Under the pieces are notes generated by a model. It was not told the DNA's origin and did not search any database. It saw only the letters and a list, made by a program, of their open reading frames with translations. DNA of 64,000 nucleotides from the NCBI GenBank assembly GCA_963770895.1, contig CAVYRF010000002.1, forward strand, positions 736,001 to 800,000, written 5' to 3'. Origin of the DNA: an uncultured Acidobacteriota bacterium (GTDB lineage: Bacteria > Acidobacteriota > Thermoanaerobaculia > Multivoradales > UBA5704). The first letter of the stretch is position 1. Each line of letters starts with the position of its first letter. Of this stretch, positions 52,862-64,000 are shown in pieces. The translations under genes and the position numbers were made by a program.

Positions 52862-53425
52862 TTTTCAAAGAACCGGCGCTTTTTTGAAGCGCGATTTTTG
52901 ATTCTACGGCCCTTACTGGCGCCTGTCAAGCACTTTTTGAGTCGCCGCTGAACACAGGCGGCGGGGGCCTCACGGCCACCTGCCGGCATCGCTACCGTTG
53001 CCTGTCTCGCGGGGATGCGTGCGCCTGCGGAACTAGCCGCAGACAGTTCGATGCCCCCGACGATCGTCTTGCCAACACTTGGAGTGTCGGGGACCTGCGA
53101 CGGAACAACGCCCGGCTCGTCTTGTCAATTCCACCCAACGTGGCCCAGCTGCAACCACGTCCGCTTGTCCCCACCGCACCACCCACACCCTCGGGACCCG
53201 CGACCCCTGCACCGGCTTGCCGATTCAGGGAGGAAGAGTTTACGTCCCTGCCACAGGGTTGTCAACCACTTCGTGACGCGAATTTTGGGGCGCGTGCCGC
53301 GATCCACGCCAGCGCGCTTGGGTGCCCCGCCGCCTCACCCGCCAACCCATCCAAATGTCAAACCCAAACAACCCCCTGGCGTCACCAGGGAGGCGCAGTG
53401 TAGGGAACCCCGCCCGCCATGTCAA
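52862..53425 (-). promoter_or_regulatory. Tandem rRNA promoters and boxA-like site
   Basis: TTGACA-17-TAGAAT (52929-52901), TTGACA-17-TAAACT (53265-53237), TTGACA-17-TACACT (53425-53397); GTTCTTTGAAAA near 52865. Confidence 0.75.
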
Positions 53426-53801
53426 CCCCTGCGCATCACTTCATCCAACAGACTCCCTGAATCCGCCCCAATCCCCCTTGCCGGCGCTCCCCCACCGCCA
53501 TATCCGCCCACGGATTCCGCCGCACCGTGGCCAGCCAGCCGCCCCTGGTGGCAATCGCCTCGGAGCTGCTCGCATTCACCGCCGCACTGGTCACGCCCGC
53601 GCACCGCCGATCGGCAGACCATGGCGCGCTCCTGCTGGCTCGGCACGGCAGACGGCTTCGCCGGACGCTGCGGACCTGGCGGCGGGGCCGGCGGAGCTCC
53701 GGCTCCTACGGCCCCGGCTCCAGTCCTTGAGATGGACACCTCAATGGACACCCCCATGGGGTGTCTTGCCGGGGATTGGAGGCTTGTGATAGGAACGTTA
53801 A

Positions 53802-54899
53802 ATGCGAACGATCCGGACTGCAGCGCCCAGGATAGTCGGCCTCTCTCTTCTCCTTGCCCTTGTCGCCACGGCGGCGTGGCCGGCATCCTGCCCGGCCAAC
53901 GGCGCGCCGCTGCCGACCCCCGCGGAACGGCAGGCCCTGACGCCGATGGTGATCCTGCTCTGCTACCTGCCGCCGCAGGAGGTGGACGTGATCATCGGCT
54001 CGATCGGCCACGATCCGCAGGCGTCGCTCACCGATCCGGCGTACGACAGCGGCAAGCAGAACCCGGACGGGTCGCTGCGGCCGCCGCTCGACCGCGCCGA
54101 AATCGTCGCGCTGATCGACATGCACTCGGTGCTGGACGTGGACATGACCGATGGCGCCATCGTGCGCAAATACGTTCCCAACAGCGACGTCGGCGGCTAC
54201 CTGTACGGCCGCACGGTGATCAGCTCCGGCGGCAAGCTGTTCGTGGTCCCCACCAACACCGTGCGCGGCTTCGTCGGCCTGGAGCGCAACACCACCGGCC
54301 TCGACGCCGGGCAGACCATCGCCGCCGTGGGGCTCGACTACGAAACCGGTCTCACCGGCCAGTTCACCGACGCCACCGACGATCCGTCGTCCTACCACCG
54401 CCTGGTGTCGCGGGAAGTGCAGGCGCACGGCCTGCACGTGCTGCGGCACATCATGTCCAGCTCCGGCGCCGCCGCCGCAGAGATCCCCCTGGGCAAGAAC
54501 CTCAACGATGCCGTGGCGGCTACCGCGCCCAGCCTGACCGGGCGCACCTTTGAAATGGACCGCCAGGGCGCGACCAACCCCTACACCGGCCTGGGCATCT
54601 CGGACGACATCGGCCTGCTCGTCTTGCAACACGAAAGCGACCAGTACCCCCTGCACCTCAACGAAGAGGACGTGATGCTGACGGCGCCGACGCCGCTCGC
54701 CACCGGCGACACCCTGCTGCGGCGCAACCTGGAGGGCGCCGACACCCAGATCGCCGTCTACACCCAGGTCACCAACGCCGACGGCTCGCAGAGCAACGTC
54801 TGGCAGCTGTCGCCCGACCTGTCCGCCGCCGACCTCGACTACTACCAGCGCCTCATCGGCCAGGCCGCCGCCCGCGCCGCCGCCGCCGCCGGTGGTTAG
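53802..54899 (+). CDS. Secreted hypothetical protein
   Basis: 365-aa ORF with signal peptide and host-like GC3 codon usage. Confidence 0.75.
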   Translation: MRTIRTAAPRIVGLSLLLALVATAAWPASCPANGAPLPTPAERQALTPMVILLCYLPPQEVDVIIGSIGHDPQASLTDPAYDSGKQNPDGSLRPPLDRAEIVALIDMHSVLDVDMTDGAIVRKYVPNSDVGGYLYGRTVISSGGKLFVVPTNTVRGFVGLERNTTGLDAGQTIAAVGLDYETGLTGQFTDATDDPSSYHRLVSREVQAHGLHVLRHIMSSSGAAAAEIPLGKNLNDAVAATAPSLTGRTFEMDRQGATNPYTGLGISDDIGLLVLQHESDQYPLHLNEEDVMLTAPTPLATGDTLLRRNLEGADTQIAVYTQVTNADGSQSNVWQLSPDLSAADLDYYQRLIGQAAARAAAAAGG

Positions 54900-55007
54900 G
54901 CGGCGGCCTGTATCGGAGGAATCGGTACTGGATGGCGGCACGCGGCGCGGCGGCGCCAGGCGCTGCCCCGCGCCCCGCATGGGCGCGCCGGACCTGCTGG
55001 GTAGCGC

Positions 55008-55676
55008 TCAGCCGGCTTGCGGCCCGTGCGGCACGGGCTGGTTCGCAGCGGACTTGAAGAGGAGACGGCGGCCCTGAATCTCCCAGGGCTCGGTGAGGAG
55101 GCGGCGGAGGGCTTCCGGGTAGGCCAGGTGCTCTTGCTGCAGGATGCGGGCGGCCAGGGTGTCGTCGGTGTCGTCGTCGGCGACGGCGACGGCGCGCTGG
55201 ACGACGATGGGACCGCTGTCCAGGCCTTCGTCCACCAGGTGGACGGTGCAGCCGGCGATGCGGACGCCGTGGGCCAGGGCCTGCGCGGCTCCGTCGACGC
55301 CCGCAAAGGCAGGCAGCAGGCTGGGATGGATGTTCAGGATGCGCCGCGGAAAGGCGGCCACAAAATCCGCCGACAGCAGGCGCATGTAGCCCGCCAGGCA
55401 GACCCATTCGACCGCGGCGCCGCGCAGGGCGGCGATCACCTTGGCTTCGTGCGCGGCGCGGTCAGGCTCGCCGCGGTGAGGCAGCGCCACCGCCGGCAGG
55501 CCGCGCTCGCGCGCCCGTTCCAGGCCGGCGGCGCCGGCGACGTTGCTGGCGACCAGGGCGATCTGGGCCGGCAGCTCACCGCGCACCACGGCGTCGTGGA
55601 GCGCCAGGAAGTTGCTGCCGCGGCCGGACAGCAGGACGCCGACGCGCGCGGGTGCGCCGGCCTCAGGGGCCGTCAT
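55008..55676 (-). CDS. purN: Phosphoribosylglycinamide formyltransferase
   Basis: LLSGRGSNF, LAGYMRLLS, LNIHPSLLPAF, GCTVHLV. Confidence 0.97.
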   Translation of the reverse strand: MTAPEAGAPARVGVLLSGRGSNFLALHDAVVRGELPAQIALVASNVAGAAGLERARERGLPAVALPHRGEPDRAAHEAKVIAALRGAAVEWVCLAGYMRLLSADFVAAFPRRILNIHPSLLPAFAGVDGAAQALAHGVRIAGCTVHLVDEGLDSGPIVVQRAVAVADDDTDDTLAARILQQEHLAYPEALRRLLTEPWEIQGRRLLFKSAANQPVPHGPQAG

Positions 55677-56760
55677 CGTGCGCCGGAGCGTCGTCGCTGG
55701 GCAGCGGTCCCAGGTCGTAGACGACCCCGGCCGCCCCTTCCTGCACGGTGCCGATGATCGACGACCGCTGGCCGGCGGCGCGGAGCTGGGCGAGGATGTC
55801 GCGCAGCCCGGCGGGGTCGACGACCAGGATCATGCCGATGCCCATGTTGAAGACGCGGAACATCTCTTCCGTTTCGACGTCGCCGTGCTCCTGCAGGAAG
55901 TGATAGATGGCAGGCACTTCCCAGCTGCCGACGCGGATCTCGGCGTGGAGGCCCTGGGGGAGCACGCGGGGCAGGTTGTCGGTGATGCCGCCGCCGGTGA
56001 CGTGCGCCATGGCGCGCAGCGCGGGGTGGCGCAGCAGCGGCCGCAGAGGGGCCAGGTAGGACAGGTGCGGGGCCAGCAGCTGCTCGCCGACCCGCTCGCC
56101 CTTGGCCCACGGCGCCGCATCGCTCACGCCCAGGCCGAGGCGCTCGAAGAGGACGCGGCGCGCCAGCGAATAGCCGTTGGTATGGAGCCCCGCCGCCGGC
56201 AGGCCGACCAGGACGCTGCCGGCGACGACGCGCGAGCCGTCCAGCACGTGCAGGCGATCGACCATGCCGACGATGAAGCCGACCAGCTCGTAGTCACCGG
56301 GCTGGTAGAAGCCGGGCATTTCCGCGGTCTCGCCGCCGAGCAGCGCACAGCCGTTCTGCTTGCAGCCGTCGGCCACCCCGCGCACCAGCTCGACCAGGCG
56401 CTCCGGCTCCAGCGCTCCGGCCCCGACGTAGTCGAGAAAGAACAGCGGCACGGCGCCCTGCACCAGGATGTCGTTGACGCAGTGATTGACCAGGTCGCGG
56501 CCGACGGTCGAATAGTCGCCCGCCAGCCGGGCGACCACCAGCTTGGTGCCCACGCCGTCCGCCGAGGCGACCAGGACAGGTTCGCCGATCCCCTCCAACT
56601 GCGGCCGGAAGAGCCCGCCGAAGCTGCCGATCTCGCTCAGGACGCCGGGGGTGAAGGTGGCGCGGGCCAGCTTCCTGACCTGCGCCAAGCCCTTTTCCTG
56701 CGCGGCGATATCCACCCCGGCCGCTTTGTAGGCGCTCCTGCTGGCATCGGCGCTTGACAT
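55663..56760 (-). CDS. purM: AIR synthetase
   Basis: YKAAGVD, DGVGTK, GGETAEMPG, GLHTNGYSL, FNMGIG. Confidence 0.97.
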   Translation of the reverse strand: MSSADASRSAYKAAGVDIAAQEKGLAQVRKLARATFTPGVLSEIGSFGGLFRPQLEGIGEPVLVASADGVGTKLVVARLAGDYSTVGRDLVNHCVNDILVQGAVPLFFLDYVGAGALEPERLVELVRGVADGCKQNGCALLGGETAEMPGFYQPGDYELVGFIVGMVDRLHVLDGSRVVAGSVLVGLPAAGLHTNGYSLARRVLFERLGLGVSDAAPWAKGERVGEQLLAPHLSYLAPLRPLLRHPALRAMAHVTGGGITDNLPRVLPQGLHAEIRVGSWEVPAIYHFLQEHGDVETEEMFRVFNMGIGMILVVDPAGLRDILAQLRAAGQRSSIIGTVQEGAAGVVYDLGPLPSDDAPAHDDGP

Positions 56761-56786
56761 GGCTGGCGGAGTCGAAACCGTCGCCG

Positions 56787-58094
56787 TTACGGCAGCGGCG
56801 TGATGCTGTTGCAGACCTCCCGCGGCAGCGCGATATCGCGGTAGAAGATCAGGTTGTCGCCCCAGATGGTGAAGGTGCGGCCGGGACAGCGGAGCTTGTC
56901 GACCTGCTCCGCGACCTTGCCCTTGGCGCTCACCTTGGTGAACGTCACGGACTGTTTGAGCACGTCCACCTGCTGCCGCACCCAGGCGCTGCCGTCCGGC
57001 CCTTCCTCCAACCACAGGTCGGAAAACCAGATGGGGAAGGCGGTGTCGTGCGCCTTGGCCTTGGCGTCGAGGTCCGCAAGGCGGTTGCCTTCGGTCTTCT
57101 GCCACGGATTGTCCACGCTGGCGCTCCACACCAGCGCGCCGTCCAGGGTGAAAACGCGCAGGTCGCCGGTGAAGCCTTCGAGGCTGAACAGCAGCCGGCG
57201 CTGCGTGTCGTAGCGCAGCTGCACGTCGCGCACGCGAGTGGTGCCGGGCGGCCGCGGGATCGGCTTCTCGTTGCCGATGCTGCGCACCAGCTTGCGGTCG
57301 CGCAGGCTCCAGATTTCGATGCGGTGCGCGGTCCAGCGCGGCGAAACGGCAACGGTGTCGGCATCGATCCAGCACACCCAGCCCGCCGGGTCGGGCAGAT
57401 CGATCACCTGGCGAGGCGCCGGCGCCGCCGCGGCAGCGGCGACCGGTGCGGCTCCAGCGACCGGTGCGGCGGCCGGCGCGGCTTCTGTGCCTCCGGCGGC
57501 CGGCGCGGCAGCGGTTCCCGGCGCACCTCCAGCATCCGGCGCAGCCGGCTCGCGTCGCACCACGTCCAGATCCTGCCCGGGCCGCACCCACACGATCTGG
57601 CTGCCTTCGTCGCGCAGCGCCACGACACCCCATTGCGTGTCGCCTTCGACGGCCGAGGTACCCTGCGGCATCTCGATCGTGGCAACCCGCTCGGCGGTAG
57701 GCGAGAAGAATCGCACCGTCGCTTCGACCGGCTCCCAGGCCCAGAGATTGCCGACACGATCGACCCCCATCCACCGCGCCCGCACCAGCTCGATAAGGCT
57801 CAGGGCGTCCTTGGTGGGGCGGACGGGCCTGGCGGCGGCGGCCGGCAGCGAGGTGCTGGCGGCGGCTTCGCGCCCCAGGCCGCCGCGCAGCGATTCCGCG
57901 GCCAGGGCGGGGATCGCGGCGGCGGCGAGCAGGCCGATCGTGCCGATGGCGCCGATGGCAGCGGTGGTCAGCACCGAGCGAAGCGGTCGCCGCGACGCCG
58001 ACGACCGCAGGGATCGCGGTGGCTGGGGCGGCGATGCTGGGGTCTGCGACGGGGGGACGGAGAGGGCGGTGGCAAGCTCTTTCATCGGGTGCAT
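56787..58094 (-). CDS. Exported hypothetical protein (beta-propeller-like) with Ala/Pro linker
   Basis: Hydrophobic leader, Trp-rich beta-strand repeats; directly upstream of purM. Confidence 0.6.
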   Translation of the reverse strand: MHPMKELATALSVPPSQTPASPPQPPRSLRSSASRRPLRSVLTTAAIGAIGTIGLLAAAAIPALAAESLRGGLGREAAASTSLPAAAARPVRPTKDALSLIELVRARWMGVDRVGNLWAWEPVEATVRFFSPTAERVATIEMPQGTSAVEGDTQWGVVALRDEGSQIVWVRPGQDLDVVRREPAAPDAGGAPGTAAAPAAGGTEAAPAAAPVAGAAPVAAAAAAPAPRQVIDLPDPAGWVCWIDADTVAVSPRWTAHRIEIWSLRDRKLVRSIGNEKPIPRPPGTTRVRDVQLRYDTQRRLLFSLEGFTGDLRVFTLDGALVWSASVDNPWQKTEGNRLADLDAKAKAHDTAFPIWFSDLWLEEGPDGSAWVRQQVDVLKQSVTFTKVSAKGKVAEQVDKLRCPGRTFTIWGDNLIFYRDIALPREVCNSITPLP

Positions 58095-58152
58095 CTTAGC
58101 GCTCTTTTCGCCGCCGCGCCGCGCGCGAGCTGGTAGCATGGCAGCTCCGGCC

Positions 58153-58877
58153 ATGGCACAGGTCCATCCTTTCAGGGTCTTCGGCCCCTCGCACCTGGCG
58201 GTCCTCGGGCTGACCGTGGCGCTCAGCGCGGCGCTGTCGCTGGTCGCCCGCCGGCCGGAGGGCGAGCGGGCGGCACGCGTCTTCGCCTGGGGCCTGGCGG
58301 TGCTGCTGCTGGCCGACGAAGCCGCGGTCGTCGCCGTGGCGGCGCGCACCGACCTGCCCACCCTTTCGGACCACCTGCCGTTCCAGCTCTGCGACTGGGT
58401 GATCTTCGCCTGCGTCATCGCACTGGTGGCGCGACGCCAGCTCGCCTACGAGCTGGCCTGGTTCTGGGGGCTCGCCGGCACGCTGCAGGCGCTGATCACC
58501 CCCGACCTGGCGGAGGACTTCCCCAACCCGCACTTTTTCACCTTCCAGATTCTGCATGCCGGCGTCGTGGTCGCCGTCCTGTACCTCACCTTCGGCCTCG
58601 GCATGCGCCCCCGCTGGCGATCGATCGCCCGCGCCTGGCTGTGGTTGCAGATCTACCTGGTGGTCACCGCCGGCGTCGACCGGCTGCTCAATTCCAACTA
58701 CGGCTACCTGCGCGCCAAGCCGGTGCAGGCCAGCCTCTTCGACTACCTCGGCCCCTGGCCCTGGTACCTGGTCAGCCTGGAAGCGCTGTCGCTGGTCCTG
58801 TTCGTGATCTGCTACGTCCCCTTTGCCGTGCTCGACCGCCTGCGCCAGGGCAAGGGCAGCCCCATCCCCATCGAGCC

Positions 58878-58881
<4 letters not shown>
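58153..58881 (+). CDS. YwaF/TIGR02206 family membrane protein
   Basis: FGPSHL, LPFQLCD, QALITPDL, NYGYLRAKP...LFDYLGPWPWY. Confidence 0.88.
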
Positions 58882-62696
<3,815 letters not shown>

Positions 62697-62785
62697 GGCT
62701 CGTCGTCGGTCCGGTGGGGAAAGCGCAGGCTGCCCTGCGGCCCCGCAGCTGTGTAACGGTTGGAACGCCGCCAGTATTCTACAGC

Positions 62786-64000
62786 CTACAGACCGAGTGC
62801 CCGCGGCAGCGCTGTGGCCCAGATCTCCCGCAGGGCCGCAACCGGCGCCCGCCAGGCCTGGCCGCCGCCGCGCACCACCAGGGCGTCGCCGCCGACGCCG
62901 CCAATCTCCGCCGCCGGCACACCGGCTTCGTCCGCCGCCATCAACACCCGCTCCAGCTGGTCGCCGCGGCAGGCGACCAGCGCCCGCCCCTGGCTCTCCG
63001 AAAACAGACCGGCGGCGCCGGCCAGACCGCAGCCGTCCAGGTCCACCTCGACGCCCAGACCGCGACCGAAACACGCTTCCGCCAGGGCCACCGCGAAGCC
63101 GCCTTCCGCCAGGTCGTGCGCGGTGCCCACCAGGCCCTCTGCCGCCAGCCGTCGCAGCAGGCGCGCCAGGCGCAGCTCCGCCTCGAGGTCGACCGCCGGC
63201 GGGCGCCCCTGCTCGATGCCGTAGAGCAGCCGCAGGTAGGCCGAGCCGCCGTGCTCGCCATGGTCGCGCCCCAGGAGCACGACGCGGTCGCCGGCGGCGG
63301 TGAAGTGCGCCACCGGCAGGTGGGCCACGCTGGGGACCAGTCCCACCATCGCCACCGTCGGCGTGGGATGGATCGAGACCCCCTCGGTTTCGTTGTAGAA
63401 CGACACGTTGCCCGAGATGACCGGCACGCCGAAGGCGCGGCAGGCCGCCGACATGCCGCGCACCGCCTCGGCGAATTGCCAGGTGATCACCGGGTTTTCA
63501 GGGTTGCCGAAGTTGAGGCAATCCGTCAGCCCCACCGGTTCGGCGCCGGCGCACGCCAGGTTGCGCATCGCCTCCGCCACCGCCTGCGCGCCGCCGGTGT
63601 AGGGGTCCAGGGAGCAGTAGACCGGGTTGACGTCGGAGGTGAGGGCCAGGCCGGCGGGAGTGCCCTTGAGGCGCAGCACGGCGGCGTCGCCCCCCGGCCC
63701 GATGGCGGTGCCGGTGCGCACGCTGTGATCGTACTGCTGCCAGATCCACTCCTTGCTGGCCAGCTCGGGCGTGCCCAGCAGGCGCTCCAGGGCGCGGCGC
63801 GGATCGTCCGCCGGCGGCACCTCGGGCGCCGCCTGACGCGCCGCCAGGTCCGCCGGCGGCGCCGCGGGGCGGCGGTAGACCGGCGCTTCCTCGGTCAGCG
63901 GCCGGATCGGCATGTCTGCCACCCGCTCGCCGCGGAAGAGCAGCTCGGCGCGGCCGGTCGCCGTCACCTCGCCGATCGTCGCCACCTCCAGGCCCCAGCG
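62786..64000 (-). CDS. purL: FGAM synthase subunit PurL (3' part; start outside the window)
   Basis: SKEWIWQQYD, DCLNFGNPE, SGNVSFYNE, HDLAEGG. Confidence 0.95.
   Translation of the reverse strand, partial: RWGLEVATIGEVTATGRAELLFRGERVADMPIRPLTEEAPVYRRPAAPPADLAARQAAPEVPPADDPRRALERLLGTPELASKEWIWQQYDHSVRTGTAIGPGGDAAVLRLKGTPAGLALTSDVNPVYCSLDPYTGGAQAVAEAMRNLACAGAEPVGLTDCLNFGNPENPVITWQFAEAVRGMSAACRAFGVPVISGNVSFYNETEGVSIHPTPTVAMVGLVPSVAHLPVAHFTAAGDRVVLLGRDHGEHGGSAYLRLLYGIEQGRPPAVDLEAELRLARLLRRLAAEGLVGTAHDLAEGGFAVALAEACFGRGLGVEVDLDGCGLAGAAGLFSESQGRALVACRGDQLERVLMAADEAGVPAAEIGGVGGDALVVRGGGQAWRAPVAALREIWATALPRALGL

Noticed and set aside
57415-57550. Low-complexity GC repeats
   Set aside because: Encode an Ala/Pro linker within the exported protein.

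Overview
High-GC bacterial chromosomal segment. The 16S sequence and gene style suggest Acidobacteriota, possibly Thermoanaerobaculia (inference, not database-checked). 1-11.7 kb: signalling genes, a cPLA2-like phospholipase, an AraC/VOC/dienelactone hydrolase unit and a four-gene VOC dioxygenase / HpgT-like aminotransferase / Ldh_2 / ApgM cassette. 11.7-37 kb: an accessory island ending at the 3' end of tRNA-Ala(GGC). It carries MntA-HepT, two TIR/SEFIR proteins, duplicated gene ends, IS256, ISAzo13, an IS21 invaded by a 3.36 kb large-serine-recombinase element, and a group IIC intron invaded by a second IS21. Ends were read directly for all these elements, and target duplications for the four intact ISs. 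The most striking observation: the recombinase element's att site splits its own DUF5372 (Y4bD-like) gene from its RBS and ATG, so the gene is only complete in the excised circle. 37-64 kb: vapBC, hflX, envelope genes, an ECF sigma/anti-sigma unit, a full rRNA operon (16S-Ile-Ala-23S-5S, minus strand) and purN-purM...hemF-purF-purL. No CRISPR array. Family assignments come from motif recognition by eye, and start codons are best estimates.
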